DNA of 64,000 bases from Capnocytophaga stomatis (GTDB lineage Bacteria > Bacteroidota > Bacteroidia > Flavobacteriales > Flavobacteriaceae), in NCBI RefSeq assembly GCF_045110935.1, contig NZ_JBJGWJ010000009.1, one strand, 5' to 3'. Made by a program: the position numbers and the translations under genes. Each line of letters starts with the position of its first letter. Position 1 is the stretch's first letter. A model generated the notes under the pieces. The model saw nothing but the letters and a program-made list of their open reading frames with translations, made no database searches and was not told the DNA's origin. Positions 1-11,387 of this stretch are shown here, one piece after another.

Positions 1-1163
1 GTGCGTCAGAACTTGGTAACTCAAACATTGCATCAGTCAAAATACTTTCACAAAGCGAACGAAGCCCACGTGCCCCGAGCTTGTACTCCATCGCCTTTTC
101 TACGATAAAATCAAGTGCTTCCTCTTTTATTTCAAACTTGATTCCGTCCATTTCAAACAATTTTTTGTATTGCTTAATGATGGCATTCTTGGGTTCGGTC
201 AGAATCATTCGCAAAGTATGTTTATCAAGCGGATTCATATAAGTAAGAACTGGCAAACGCCCAATAATTTCAGGAATCAAGCCAAAATCTTTTAAATCTT
301 TCGGAATGATATATTGCATCAAGTTCTTTCTGTCAATAGTTCCTCCTTTTGATGAATTATAACCCACCGCTTGCATATTTAGTCGCTTGGAAATCAGTCG
401 TTCAATACCATCAAAAGCTCCTCCTGCAATGAAAAGAATATGTTCTGTATTTACCTCAATGTACTTTTGGTCGGGATGTTTTCGTCCACCTTTTGGCGGA
501 ACATTCACGATAGAGCCTTCCAACAATTTTAACAATCCTTGTTGCACTCCCTCACCTGAAACATCACGAGTTATGGACGGATTATCACTTTTTCGTGCAA
601 TTTTGTCTATTTCATCAATGAAAACAATTCCTTTTTCAGCCTTAGAAACATCATAATCAGCAGCTTGCAATAATCGTGAAAGGATGCTTTCCACGTCTTC
701 TCCCACGTAACCTGCCTCGGTTAAAACGGTAGCATCAACAATTGCCAACGGAACATTCAGTAACTTAGCTATAGTCTTGGCTACAAGCGTTTTACCGGTT
801 CCCGTTTCGCCTACCATTATCACGTTACTTTTCTGTATCTCTACATTATCTTCATTATCAGGTTGTTGCAAACGTTTGTAATGATTGTAAACCGCTACCG
901 AAAGAATTTTTTTAGTAAAATCCTGACCTATAACGTATTGGTCAAGAAATTCTTTTATTTCTTGTGGTTTTTTTAGTGTGATATCCTCTTTTGAAAAATT
1001 GCTGCTTTCCGTTCTGAAATTCAGTTCTTCCAGAAGAATTCCGTGAGCTTGCTCAATGCAATGATTGCAGATTCTTGCTTCTAATCCGTTGACGAGCAAT
1101 TCTGTTTCAGCTTCAGGACGACCACAAAATGAACAATAATTATCTTCTTGTTTTTTCGCCATT
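1..1163 (-). CDS. clpX: ATP-dependent Clp protease ATP-binding subunit ClpX (C-terminus runs off window start)
   Basis: Reverse-complement of 1141-1163 gives ATG GCG AAA AAA CAA... The product starts MAKKQEDNYCSFCGRPEAETELLVNGLEARICNHCIEQ, which is the ClpX zinc-finger N-terminus. Its start lies 3 nt after the clpP stop. The frame is open to the window edge. Confidence 0.9.
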
Positions 1164-1165
1164 TT

Positions 1166-1828
1166 CTATGCTTTTCGAACGAGAACCTCGTCAATCATTC
1201 CGTATGCTTTAGCTTCCTCCGCTTTCATCCAATAATCACGCTCCGAATCTTCGTACACCTTTTCAAAAGACTGTCTTGAGTGTTTAGCGATGATTTCGTA
1301 AAGCTCATTCTTTATCTTAAGCATTTCTTTCAAATTGATTTCCATATCAGTAGCTACACCTTGAGCTCCTCCTGAAGGTTGATGAATCATTATGCGAGCG
1401 TGTGGCAATGCAGAACGTTTTCCTTCGGCCCCCGCACACAAAAGCACCGCCCCCATAGAAGCCGCCATTCCCGTACAAATTGTTGCTACATCAGGCTTAA
1501 TGAACTGCATCGTGTCATAGATTCCTAAGCCAGCGTAAACCTCTCCTCCAGGTGAATTTATATAAATTTGAATATCTTTTGAGCTATCCAAACTTTCCAA
1601 AAATAATAGCTGAGCCTGTATTATATTCGCCATCTGTGAATGAACCTCCGTTCCCATAAAGATAATTCTATCCATCATCAATCGGGAAAAAACGTCCATT
1701 TGAGTCACGTTCAGCTGGCGTTCCTCCATAATGTACGGAGTCATACTCGCTACAATTTTATCATAGTATAAACTATTTACACCGTGCTTTTTGATGGCGT
1801 ATTTTTTAAATTCGTTTTTGTAATTCAT
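1166..1828 (-). CDS. clpP: ATP-dependent Clp protease proteolytic subunit ClpP
   Basis: 220-aa ORF with a ClpP-like core (…INSPGGEVYAGLGIYDTMQFIKPDVATICTGMAASMGAVLL…). It sits in the classic tig-clpP-clpX arrangement. Confidence 0.95.
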   Translation of the reverse strand: MNYKNEFKKYAIKKHGVNSLYYDKIVASMTPYIMEERQLNVTQMDVFSRLMMDRIIFMGTEVHSQMANIIQAQLLFLESLDSSKDIQIYINSPGGEVYAGLGIYDTMQFIKPDVATICTGMAASMGAVLLCAGAEGKRSALPHARIMIHQPSGGAQGVATDMEINLKEMLKIKNELYEIIAKHSRQSFEKVYEDSERDYWMKAEEAKAYGMIDEVLVRKA

Positions 1829-1909
1829 AGGTTTTATTGATTTTTATATTAGCTGAAAAGGCGTTAAACCAAATTTAACGCCTCAACAGTTATGATAGAT
1901 TTAAAGCTT

Positions 1910-3247
1910 TTAAGCTTCTTCTGTTTTGTAAACTTCTTTTATAAACTCGTCAAAAGTTACTTTTTTGTCGTTTATTTTAACATTTCCTTTGTAGAAGTCT
2001 AATAACTTATTGAAAACAAGTTGTTTGTTAATTCGTTCTACTTCTTCTCTGTTTTGCAGAATTTTACCTACAATTCCATCAACGTATGATTCGTCTTCAA
2101 TAGGCATTCCGTACTGTAACATTTGGTTTTTCACGTACGTATTTGCAAAACTTTTTAGCTCCTCAAAAGTTGGATGTAATTTATTATCGTTTAGGATTTT
2201 ACTTTCAATAAGCTGGTAACGAAGCCCTTTTTCTGAACTTTCATATTCGTTATTTGCTTCTTCCTCAGTAAGTTCTTTTTCACCTGCTGTACGCAACCAT
2301 TTTTTCAAAAATTCAGCCGGAAGGTCAAATTTCGTATTTTCAACCAAATAATCAGTTACTTCATTCAAGAAATGTTGATTTGACTGCTCAGCATATTGAA
2401 GTTCAGAGTTTTCCTTGATTTTTTCACGCAATTGAGCCTCTGAAGTAACTTCTCCTGCCGGGAATAATTTATCAAAAAGTTCTTGATTAAGTTCAGCTTC
2501 TTCACGAACGTTAGCTTCCTCCAAAGTGAATGTTACTTCCACGTCCAAATCGTGAGCTTCATCGTGTGAAACTTTCAAATAATGCATTAAGCTGTGAACA
2601 TCTTCAAACAACCCTTTGGTTTTCAATTGCAATTGGTCACCAATTTTCTTGCCAACAAATTTCTTACGATTTTTCTCGCTTACTTCTTCCAATTTGAAAG
2701 TAGCTTTGTTGTCGATATTTTTCTCTTCGTTGAAGAAAGTTCCTGTAATTTCAATATCGCTTTGGTCTAAAACTTCTCCTTTTGAAATCAGTTTACCGAA
2801 TTGCTTGCGGATACGCTCAACTTGCTTATCAACTTGCTCATCTTCAACAGATATTTCATAGCGAGTAATTCCTTTGGCTGGTTTTAAATCCAAATCAAAT
2901 GAAGGTGCCAAACCAATTTCAAACTCAAACGAAAAGTTCTCAGCATCCCAGTCAAAATCTTGTTTTGCCTTAGGAAGCGGATGCCCTAATATATCCAATT
3001 TTTCATCAACAAGATACTTATTCAAAGAATCTTGCAATAATTTATTCACTTCATCAAACAATACTGCTTTTCCGTACTGTTTTTTTATCATTCCCATAGG
3101 CACGTGTCCTTTTCTGAATCCGGGAATATTTGCTGTTTTTCTGTAATTTGTAAGTACTTTCTCTACTTTATCAGCATAATCATTTTTTTCGATAGCAACC
3201 GTAACCACGGCATTCAAAGCATCAATTTGCTCTTTTGTAATATTCAT
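1910..3247 (-). CDS. tig: Trigger factor (ribosome-associated PPIase chaperone)
   Basis: 445 aa with an N-terminal MNITKEQIDALNAVVTV…GFRKGHVPMGMIKKQYG trigger-factor signature. It lies upstream of clpP on the same strand. Confidence 0.9.
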   Translation of the reverse strand: MNITKEQIDALNAVVTVAIEKNDYADKVEKVLTNYRKTANIPGFRKGHVPMGMIKKQYGKAVLFDEVNKLLQDSLNKYLVDEKLDILGHPLPKAKQDFDWDAENFSFEFEIGLAPSFDLDLKPAKGITRYEISVEDEQVDKQVERIRKQFGKLISKGEVLDQSDIEITGTFFNEEKNIDNKATFKLEEVSEKNRKKFVGKKIGDQLQLKTKGLFEDVHSLMHYLKVSHDEAHDLDVEVTFTLEEANVREEAELNQELFDKLFPAGEVTSEAQLREKIKENSELQYAEQSNQHFLNEVTDYLVENTKFDLPAEFLKKWLRTAGEKELTEEEANNEYESSEKGLRYQLIESKILNDNKLHPTFEELKSFANTYVKNQMLQYGMPIEDESYVDGIVGKILQNREEVERINKQLVFNKLLDFYKGNVKINDKKVTFDEFIKEVYKTEEA

Positions 3248-3330
3248 TTTTTAAAATATTTATATCTAAAAATTTCAGTTTGCAAAGGTACGATTTTATA
3301 TGGAAACTAAAAAATTTTTAAATTACTTTC

Positions 3331-5541
3331 TTACTTGCCTTTTATCATTTGTTTAATGGCTTGTTCTAAATTCTTTACAAGTCCAAAAAGATAATTGAAC
3401 TGCTCCCAATAAAGATGTGTTTCTCGCATCGAAATAACTGGTAATGAATCGGTTGAATATTGAGATGAATTTTGCTGTTGCTCAACTATTTTCTGCATTT
3501 CCTGATTTAATTTTTCTAATGAGAAATCATTTTCTTTCAATTCTTCGGAAAAATTATCCGTGAACAATAACAATGTTCTTTTCAGAAGCGAAATTAGTGA
3601 ATCAATTGTTTCGTTGAATATTTCCTTCGGGAAAGTTACTTGCTTGGATTTCAGACGAACTCCCAAAGATGCCACAGAAGCCAAAAACGATTGCTGAATC
3701 ACGATAATTTCATAAATTGATGTATTATCATTTTGTTTTGATTTCGGTTCTTGTAACATTCGCTGAAAAGCAGCATTCAAATTTGATAATGCCAAAAAGG
3801 CTTCTTTTCGTGAAACTTTATATGTATTTGTAATTCCTTGATTTTCATTAAAAATGATTTTCACCTGCTTAAGATAATCAACATTTGCCTGTATTGATTT
3901 TTGCACTACATCTTGATATGTTCGGGATTCCCAACTCGGAAAAAGTAAATAATTTGCAACGAAAGCAAGCCCCACCCCGATGGCTGTATCGAGCAATCTA
4001 TCGTGTATCACCGAATATACATCGGGGCTAATCAATGCAAACATAAAAATAGCTGTGATTGTGATAAAAATCGATGCATACATATAATTTTCTTGCATCA
4101 ACCCGAAAGCAATCGGCATACACAAAACTCCAAAATACAGATACAAATTTGGCTGCGGAAACAAAAAAATCACCGCAAAAGCAATTACTCCGCCCAAAAT
4201 TGTTCCGTAAATTCGGCTCAAAGAACGTTCTTTAGTCAATCCAAAGCCCGGACGCATTATCAGAAAAATCGTTAAAAGAATCCAATATGCATTGCTTATA
4301 GAAAAATAATTCCCTATAAGATAGGCAATTAGCGTAGTTACAGAAAGCCGAATGGAATGCCGAAAGAAAGACGATTTAAAAGACATATGGTCTTTCAGGC
4401 GTTTCCAAGAATAATTCTGATAACTCACGAACTTTCTGTACGTTTTTTCATCGCGTTTTCCTGCATCGTGGCTGTAATAATTATCAAAAATTACACGGAT
4501 TTTTTCTATCGATTTATACTGATTTTCAATATAAATATAAAAATTCCGCAGTGTAAGTGATTTTTCTTTATCGGATTCGGTTTTAATTTGATTTTTTAGT
4601 TCCTCATTTTTCAGTTTTGCTTGCAAAAGTAGGTTTTTCAGAGAATCATCCAACTTAATTTGCTTGCGAGAACCGATGTAAACTGACATTTGCTGCAATT
4701 GTTTTGAAAGTTCTTGCAGAAAATCAGCATAAATTTGCAAAACATCTTTATTTTCTGCAAATTCTTTATCAATTTTTTCATATTGAACCGGATTTGCCAA
4801 CGCCAATTCAAAAATATCAACCAACTCTATAAACATTAAAAATTGCCGTTGCAGATAATCCGTTTTGCCCGATTTACTTCGTGAATCAAGAATTACTTCT
4901 CGTAATTTTTCATAATTCTCATTCAGATTAGTCTGTAAATCAATCATTTTTTTGAAACCTTCGGTTCTGTTTTCTGATAATAACAAATCCGAACGAACAG
5001 AGAAAAATTCTGATGTTAATGAAAAACATTTTCCCAAAAGCTGTTCGCTATATTGTCTGGGTTTTACCCATAAATAAAACAAAACCAATGATATATACCA
5101 CATTCCGCTGATAAAAATGTACAGCAAATACAAATAAATTCCTTTGCCCGTTTGGATATGTGACAACGTTGAAGCAATACAAAACAAACCTGAAAAAGCA
5201 ACCATCGAAGCACGAAATCCATAAAGTGAAATGTAAGCATTGAAAAACGTTAAAACGAAGATTGTCAGCTCAAGTAAATAAGGATATGGGTACGTTACAT
5301 TTACAAAAAAAGAACTAACCATCGCCAAAAAAGTAGCGACCAAAAGCCCTCCAATATGATGCTTTCTGTTACCCGGAATATCACTCGGAGAAATAGCTAT
5401 TATACTCAATCCCACAGGAATACCTATTTCAAGAGCATCGAAATACCAACCAAGACCAATGGGAAGAAGCACGGCAACCGTTTTCAGTACACCTTTAAAA
5501 AAAGAAAAACTTTTTAGAAAAGAGATGAGTTTTAAATGCAT
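3331..5541 (-). CDS. FUSC/YccS-family integral membrane protein (fusaric-acid-resistance-like)
   Basis: 736 aa. Two blocks of multiple hydrophobic helices are separated by a long coiled-coil-like cytoplasmic region. This matches FUSC-family architecture. Confidence 0.65.
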   Translation of the reverse strand: MHLKLISFLKSFSFFKGVLKTVAVLLPIGLGWYFDALEIGIPVGLSIIAISPSDIPGNRKHHIGGLLVATFLAMVSSFFVNVTYPYPYLLELTIFVLTFFNAYISLYGFRASMVAFSGLFCIASTLSHIQTGKGIYLYLLYIFISGMWYISLVLFYLWVKPRQYSEQLLGKCFSLTSEFFSVRSDLLLSENRTEGFKKMIDLQTNLNENYEKLREVILDSRSKSGKTDYLQRQFLMFIELVDIFELALANPVQYEKIDKEFAENKDVLQIYADFLQELSKQLQQMSVYIGSRKQIKLDDSLKNLLLQAKLKNEELKNQIKTESDKEKSLTLRNFYIYIENQYKSIEKIRVIFDNYYSHDAGKRDEKTYRKFVSYQNYSWKRLKDHMSFKSSFFRHSIRLSVTTLIAYLIGNYFSISNAYWILLTIFLIMRPGFGLTKERSLSRIYGTILGGVIAFAVIFLFPQPNLYLYFGVLCMPIAFGLMQENYMYASIFITITAIFMFALISPDVYSVIHDRLLDTAIGVGLAFVANYLLFPSWESRTYQDVVQKSIQANVDYLKQVKIIFNENQGITNTYKVSRKEAFLALSNLNAAFQRMLQEPKSKQNDNTSIYEIIVIQQSFLASVASLGVRLKSKQVTFPKEIFNETIDSLISLLKRTLLLFTDNFSEELKENDFSLEKLNQEMQKIVEQQQNSSQYSTDSLPVISMRETHLYWEQFNYLFGLVKNLEQAIKQMIKGK

Positions 5542-5619
5542 TTTTTAACTATATTCGCGACAAAAATACAAAGTAATTCTGAAATGGTATAATTTCGGAA
5601 TTTTTCGGGTTACCTAAAA

Positions 5620-6195
5620 ATGATATATAATTTTATGGATATCGACATAAAAAAATCAACTGAAACACTTATTAATGAAGGGGTTATATTGTATCCTACG
5701 GACACCGTTTGGGGATTGGGTTGCGATGCCACAAACGTTACAGCTGTTTCTAAAATTTTTGAAATAAAAAAACGAAATGAAAGCAAAAGTTTGATTATTT
5801 TGGTAAATTCCGTAGAGATGTTACAAAAATACACAACAGAAACACCTAATTTCGTACTGAATTTCCTTAAAACGATTCAAAATCCGACTACAATTATATA
5901 TTCCAACCCTAAAAATTTGGCAAAAAATGTAATTTCATCAGAAAATACAGTCGCAATACGGTTAATTCAAGATGAATTTTGCCAAAAATTGATAAAAAAC
6001 TTCGGAAAACCTATTGTTTCTACGTCTGCCAACATTAGCGGAGAGCCTGCTCCCCAAATTTTCAGCGATGTAAGTTCGTATATTATTGAAAACTGTGACT
6101 ATGTGGTAGAACATCGACAAAACGATACAGAAAAACGAAATCCTTCTCGGCTCGTACGTTTTGATTCAGAAGGAAATATAGAATTTTTAAGATAA
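5620..6195 (+). CDS. tsaC: L-threonylcarbamoyladenylate synthase (YrdC/TsaC family)
   Basis: 191 aa containing the YrdC signature ILYPTDTVWGLGCDATN. The size fits the single-domain TsaC. Confidence 0.8.
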   Translation: MIYNFMDIDIKKSTETLINEGVILYPTDTVWGLGCDATNVTAVSKIFEIKKRNESKSLIILVNSVEMLQKYTTETPNFVLNFLKTIQNPTTIIYSNPKNLAKNVISSENTVAIRLIQDEFCQKLIKNFGKPIVSTSANISGEPAPQIFSDVSSYIIENCDYVVEHRQNDTEKRNPSRLVRFDSEGNIEFLR

Positions 6196-6204
6196 GAAAA
6201 ACAT

Positions 6205-6639
6205 ATGAATAAACAGAATATCAAACAAATACGATACGACAAGGCTTATATGCGAATGGCTTTGGAATGGGCTAAGCTTTCTCATTGTAAACGCAAACAA
6301 GTGGGGGCTATCATCGTGAAAGACAGAATGATTATCTCGGACGGGTACAACGGAACTCCAACCGGATTTGACAATTGTTGCGAAGACGAAAAGGGCAACA
6401 CCAAATGGTATGTGCTTCACGCAGAAGCAAATGCAATTATGAAAGTCGCCTCCTCAACTCAATCTTCGTGGGGAGCAACGCTTTACATCACAATGTCACC
6501 TTGTAAAGAATGTAGCAAATTAATTCACCAATCGGGGATTAAACGCGTAGTTTACAAAGAAGCCTACAAAGATGATGAGGGAATCGCGTTTCTTAAAAAA
6601 GCAGGCGTTGAAATCGTACATCTTTCGGATGTAGAATGA
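6205..6639 (+). CDS. dCMP/CMP deaminase family zinc enzyme
   Basis: 144 aa with the HAEANAI … SPCKECSKLI zinc-binding motifs (H-A-E, P-C-x2-C) of the cytidine/deoxycytidylate deaminase fold. Confidence 0.8.
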   Translation: MNKQNIKQIRYDKAYMRMALEWAKLSHCKRKQVGAIIVKDRMIISDGYNGTPTGFDNCCEDEKGNTKWYVLHAEANAIMKVASSTQSSWGATLYITMSPCKECSKLIHQSGIKRVVYKEAYKDDEGIAFLKKAGVEIVHLSDVE

Positions 6640-6729
6640 TTACAATTAAAGCCGAAGAAATCAGATAAAAAACCATTATTTTTTTACTTTTAAATAAGTT
6701 TTATATTTTTGCCGACAAATTAAAGTATT

Positions 6730-9198
6730 ATGCCGAAAATTAAGCTTTTAATTATATTTTTCCTTTTTGTTGGAAGTTTTCAAACAGTTGTATCTCAAAA
6801 TAACAACGGTAATAACGTAAACATTGACCCTCAGCAAATTTCTTCAATAAATCTTGATAAAATATCAGATGAGCAGCTCAAGACTTATTGGATAAAGGCT
6901 CAAAGTCAAGGATATACGTTAGACCAGCTTATTACAGCTGCCAGAATGCGAGGTATGTCGGACATACAAGCTATGAAGTTAAGACAGCGTATTTTACAAC
7001 TTTCAACAAGCAAAAAGTCTGGTAATCAGGTTGAAGATTATTCTTTTCAGGACAAAGAGGAAGAATCTTTCGGATTTACAGGAAATGAAAATAAGGATTC
7101 TTTAGCACTCAAAAATAAGAAAGATTCTATTTTCGGGATGAATTTTTTCAAAAATCCGAAAATTTCATTCACTCCAAATATGAATATGGCAACTCCTGAA
7201 AATTATCAGGTAGGTCCGGGCGATGAACTTTTAATTGAGGTTTGGGGAGCCACAGAAGGTTCTTTCAAACAAAAAGTTGATACACAAGGAAATATATTCA
7301 TAAACGCTATCGGGAAGATTAATGTTTCGGGTTTGTCTTTTGAAGATGTCAAAACAAAAATCAATTCTTACTTGAAACGAATTTACTCCGGTATTTCGGC
7401 GCCTAATGGTAGTTATAACAAAGTTTATACGGGAGTTACAATCACCCAAGTAAGAACCGTGAAAGTGAACATAATAGGAGAAGTTACTGTTCCCGGAACA
7501 TATTCCTTGAGTGCTTTATCAACCGTTTTGAATGCCTTGTACGCTTGTGGAGGTCCAACGGAAAATGGTTCTTTCAGAGAAATTAATTTGGTTCGTAACG
7601 GACAAAAAATAGCTACTTTTGACGTTTATGATTTTCTGATTCACGGAAGTGAAAAAGGCAATTTACCTCTTAAAGATCAAGATGTTATCATAGTTCCTCC
7701 CTACTTAAATCGAGTATTAATTGAAGGAGAAGTAAAACGCAAAGGAGCATATGAAACTAAAGACGGAGAATCTCTGGCTAACTTAATTACCTTCTTCGGA
7801 GGTTTTACTTCGGATGCTTTTACTAACACTTTGGTTGTTGAGCGTATCAAAAATGCAAAACGAGAAGTAAAAGAAGTAGCTTTTGAGGATATTTCAAGCT
7901 TCTTGATACAAAATGGAGACAAACTAAAAGTACACCCAATTACAGACGAATATCAAAACAGATTAAGCATTGGAGGAGCTGTTTATCAACCAGGTACGTA
8001 CGAATTTAAAGAAGGAATGACTGCTTATGATTTGTTAAATCGGGCAAATGGAGTAAGAAAAGAAGCTTCTTTGGAAAGAGGACTGATATTCAGAACTTTA
8101 AATCGTGTAGATTATCAAACCATCAATTTTTCCGTAAAAGATTTAATTGAAGAAAAAAATAATATTCCTCTGATAGATAACGACAGTATTCATATTTTCT
8201 ATAAAGATTCTCTTCAAATGGCTCGTTTCATCAAAGTGGAAGGAGCTGTTAACAAACCGAAAGAACTTCCTTTTATGGAAAATATGACCGTTGGCGATGT
8301 TATTGCTTTGGCAGGAGGACTTTCGCAAGGGGCAGATGCTTCAACAATTGATATTTTCCGAGAAATTAACGATGGCGATTTCAGAAAACTTAGCCGAGAT
8401 TTCAAAGTTTCTTCTAACAATGAGTTAATACCGGCAGAAGGCGACACTATTAAATTGCAACCTAATGATATTGTATCAGTTAGATATATAAAAGGTTACA
8501 CACCAATGCAAACCGTTACTGTGGAAGGAGAGGTTTTATATCCGGGAATATACAGCATTCGCAGTAAAGATGAACGCATTTCCGACCTTATTGAACGAGT
8601 GGGAGGTTTTTCGCCTTATGCCTATGTTAGAGGTGCTACGCTCGTTCGGAAAAAATTAGATGAAGGTGACATCAAGCAAGAGCAATTTCTTGATGAAATG
8701 GTTATGGCAAGCAAAATCGGAAGTGACAACAATCAGGCTTTAAAAAAGATAGAAAAAAAATCAACCGAATATCGCATCGGGATTGATTTAAAAAAGATTT
8801 TAGAGAACAAACATAGTAAATACGATTTAATTTTGAGCGAAGGTGACGTTTTATTGATTCCTTCTGAAAAACAAACCATTGAAATCAAAGGAGAAGTTCT
8901 GGCACCATCATTGGTACGTTATGAAAGAGGATTGTCCTTGAGAGAATACGTAAATCGTGCCGGGGGCTTTTCCGACAGAGCAAAAAAACGTTCTATATAC
9001 GTGATGTATGCCAATGGAGATATTAAATCCACTAATAATTCTCTTTTCTTTAAGAATTATCCGGAGTTGGAACCCGGTGCTATAATTATCGTACCTTCAA
9101 AACCTGAACGTCAACGACTTTCAACTTCCGAAACTATTGGAATTATCTCTGCAATAACAACAATGGGAGTACTAATTTTTAATGTGTTAAAAAAATAA
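6730..9198 (+). CDS. wza: Polysaccharide export outer-membrane protein (Wza/SLBB family, long Bacteroidota form)
   Basis: 822 aa with a signal peptide and repeated soluble-ligand-binding beta-grasp (SLBB)-like segments (…GPGDELLIEVWG…, …GEVTVPGTYSL…, …GAVYQPGTYEF…, …GEVLYPGIYSI…). It is followed directly by a chain-length determinant gene. Confidence 0.8.
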   Translation: MPKIKLLIIFFLFVGSFQTVVSQNNNGNNVNIDPQQISSINLDKISDEQLKTYWIKAQSQGYTLDQLITAARMRGMSDIQAMKLRQRILQLSTSKKSGNQVEDYSFQDKEEESFGFTGNENKDSLALKNKKDSIFGMNFFKNPKISFTPNMNMATPENYQVGPGDELLIEVWGATEGSFKQKVDTQGNIFINAIGKINVSGLSFEDVKTKINSYLKRIYSGISAPNGSYNKVYTGVTITQVRTVKVNIIGEVTVPGTYSLSALSTVLNALYACGGPTENGSFREINLVRNGQKIATFDVYDFLIHGSEKGNLPLKDQDVIIVPPYLNRVLIEGEVKRKGAYETKDGESLANLITFFGGFTSDAFTNTLVVERIKNAKREVKEVAFEDISSFLIQNGDKLKVHPITDEYQNRLSIGGAVYQPGTYEFKEGMTAYDLLNRANGVRKEASLERGLIFRTLNRVDYQTINFSVKDLIEEKNNIPLIDNDSIHIFYKDSLQMARFIKVEGAVNKPKELPFMENMTVGDVIALAGGLSQGADASTIDIFREINDGDFRKLSRDFKVSSNNELIPAEGDTIKLQPNDIVSVRYIKGYTPMQTVTVEGEVLYPGIYSIRSKDERISDLIERVGGFSPYAYVRGATLVRKKLDEGDIKQEQFLDEMVMASKIGSDNNQALKKIEKKSTEYRIGIDLKKILENKHSKYDLILSEGDVLLIPSEKQTIEIKGEVLAPSLVRYERGLSLREYVNRAGGFSDRAKKRSIYVMYANGDIKSTNNSLFFKNYPELEPGAIIIVPSKPERQRLSTSETIGIISAITTMGVLIFNVLKK

Positions 9199-9200
9199 CA

Positions 9201-10295
9201 ATGGATAGTAATCAACATAAAAACGAAGACGAAATAGATTTGCTTGAACTATTTCACAAACTGTGGATTAAACGAAAATCTATTTTGAAATTCACATTAT
9301 TTTTCTTCATTTTGGGGATAATCATTGCTTTGATATCTCCGAAACAATACACAGCTGTCACGGTTATGATTCCTCAAACCTCTGGTGATAAAATGTCCGT
9401 TGGCGGATTGGGAGGGCTTGCGGCTATGGCTGGAATCAATTTAGGAGGGAGCTCAACAGAAAGTATTCCGTTAAACACTTATCCAAAAATAGTAGAAAGC
9501 ATTCCTTTTAGAAAAAAACTCATACAAACCCCATTAAAATTCAATGATTTAAACGAAGTCATTTCTTACGAGAAGTATTGTAAAGAATACGCAAAACCCG
9601 GAATTCTTGGCAACATTAAAAAATACACAATTGGTTTGCCAAGTTTGTTATTCGGTAAAAAGAATGATGAAAAGTCAGTAACTTCTGAAAAAACAGATTC
9701 TATTTGGTCTTTATCACTTGAAGACAGAAATATTTTAGACGGCATCAGCGGGCAATTAGCAATCGATATCGATGAAAAAGAGGGAATAATTTCTCTATCA
9801 TACTCAATGCCAGAGGCTTTGGCTGCTGCTCAAATGTTGCAGAGTACGCAAACACTACTGCAAGAAACTGTTACAGAATTTAAAACCCAAAAAGCCAATG
9901 AAGAGCTAAAATTCATCGAACAACGATACGAAGAAGCCAAAAGTGATTTTAAAGCGAAACAATTTGCTTTGGCTCAGTTTCAGGACAGAAACAGAGACCT
10001 TTTCGGTTCGTTGCCACAAACAAGATTGGAACAATTGCAATCTGATTACAATCTTTCTTTCAATGTGTACTCTGAACTTGCTAAACAGGTAGAAGCCAAG
10101 CGAATAAAAGTAAAAGAAGAGCATCCTATCTTCACGATTGTTGAACCTGTTAGTGTGCCAAACGAGCGTTCAAAACCTAAACGGGGAATGATTGTTGCCA
10201 TTTGGACTTTTTTCGGATTTATAATAGGAGTCAGCCTCGTATTTATCAAGGATTCCATCAAAAAAATCAAGAGTAATAATATTTATAATGAATAA
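9201..10295 (+). CDS. Polysaccharide chain-length determinant (Wzz/Wzc N-terminal type, no kinase domain)
   Basis: 364 aa with TM helices near the N- and C-termini around a coiled-coil periplasmic domain. The start is 3 nt after the wza stop. No Walker motifs are present. Confidence 0.7.
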   Translation: MDSNQHKNEDEIDLLELFHKLWIKRKSILKFTLFFFILGIIIALISPKQYTAVTVMIPQTSGDKMSVGGLGGLAAMAGINLGGSSTESIPLNTYPKIVESIPFRKKLIQTPLKFNDLNEVISYEKYCKEYAKPGILGNIKKYTIGLPSLLFGKKNDEKSVTSEKTDSIWSLSLEDRNILDGISGQLAIDIDEKEGIISLSYSMPEALAAAQMLQSTQTLLQETVTEFKTQKANEELKFIEQRYEEAKSDFKAKQFALAQFQDRNRDLFGSLPQTRLEQLQSDYNLSFNVYSELAKQVEAKRIKVKEEHPIFTIVEPVSVPNERSKPKRGMIVAIWTFFGFIIGVSLVFIKDSIKKIKSNNIYNE

Positions 10296-10370
10296 AAATT
10301 GAATAAACTTTTTCAAAAAGATGAATCTTTATTCTGATAAATAAAATATTATTGTATCTTCGCAACTTGT

Positions 10371-11366
10371 ATGAATATTTATGACATTGAAACTATAAAG
10401 TTATTGCTTGATAAGCGATTGAAAATAAGCATTATCCCTCACAAAAATCCTGATGGCGATGCAATAGGAAGTTGTTTGGGATTGTATCATTATTTAAAAA
10501 CTCATAATCAAGATGTTAAGGTAGTATCACCTAACGATTTCCCAGATTTTTTCAAGTGGTTACCCGAAGCTGAGAACATTGTGATTTATGACAATGACCC
10601 CAAAGCGGCTACTGAACAAATTGAAAAATCAAAGTTGATTTTCACATTGGATTTCAATTCACTCAAGCGAGCTGATACGCTAACCCCATTGTTAGAATCC
10701 TCGGAAGCTACTTTCATTATGATTGACCATCATCAGGCCCCTGAAGATTACGCCAAAATCACATTTTCCAATCCTAATGCAAGCTCCACGTGTTCAATGA
10801 TTTATTCTTTCATTGATGCAATGGGTGATAAAAACGCTATTAATCAAACTATTGCAACTTGCTTGTACACAGGTATTATGACCGATACAGGCAATTTTAA
10901 ATATGCCTCGACAACGAGCAATACATTTAAAATAGCCTCTTTTTTGATTGAAAAGGGTGCGAATAACAGCCAAATCAATAGTAATGTATTTGAGAATAAT
11001 TCCTATGACAGAATACAACTAATGAGTGTAGCTCTTAAAAATATGGTTTACCTAAAGGAACACAACACCGCTTACATTACACTGACTTCAGAGGAATTGG
11101 CTAATCATAATTGCCAAAAAGGTGATACTGATGGTTTTGTAAATTATGGTTTAACCATTAAAGATTCAAAATTAGCTGCCATTTTTATTCAAGAGAAAAA
11201 TTATATAAAAATTTCTTTTCGTTCTAAAAATCAGCACGATGTGAATGCTTTTGCACGCAGATTTTTCAATGGAGGCGGACATATCAACGCTGCCGGAGGA
11301 AGATTTGACGGCTCAATGGAAGAAGCTACTGCTTATTTTCTGAAAATATTACCTGAATTCCATTAA
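10371..11366 (+). CDS. nrnA: DHH-family phosphoesterase (NrnA-like oligoribonuclease/pAp phosphatase)
   Basis: 331 aa with DHH motifs (HKNPDGDAIGS…, IMIDHHQAPE) and a DHHA1-like C-terminus (GGGHINAAGG). Confidence 0.75.
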   Translation: MNIYDIETIKLLLDKRLKISIIPHKNPDGDAIGSCLGLYHYLKTHNQDVKVVSPNDFPDFFKWLPEAENIVIYDNDPKAATEQIEKSKLIFTLDFNSLKRADTLTPLLESSEATFIMIDHHQAPEDYAKITFSNPNASSTCSMIYSFIDAMGDKNAINQTIATCLYTGIMTDTGNFKYASTTSNTFKIASFLIEKGANNSQINSNVFENNSYDRIQLMSVALKNMVYLKEHNTAYITLTSEELANHNCQKGDTDGFVNYGLTIKDSKLAAIFIQEKNYIKISFRSKNQHDVNAFARRFFNGGGHINAAGGRFDGSMEEATAYFLKILPEFH

Positions 11367-11387
11367 CAACCTAAAAATAAATAAGTT

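Noticed and set aside
387-656. 89-aa + strand ORF
   Set aside because: It lies antisense inside the clpX coding region. It has Ser/Pro-rich low-complexity composition typical of shadow ORFs.
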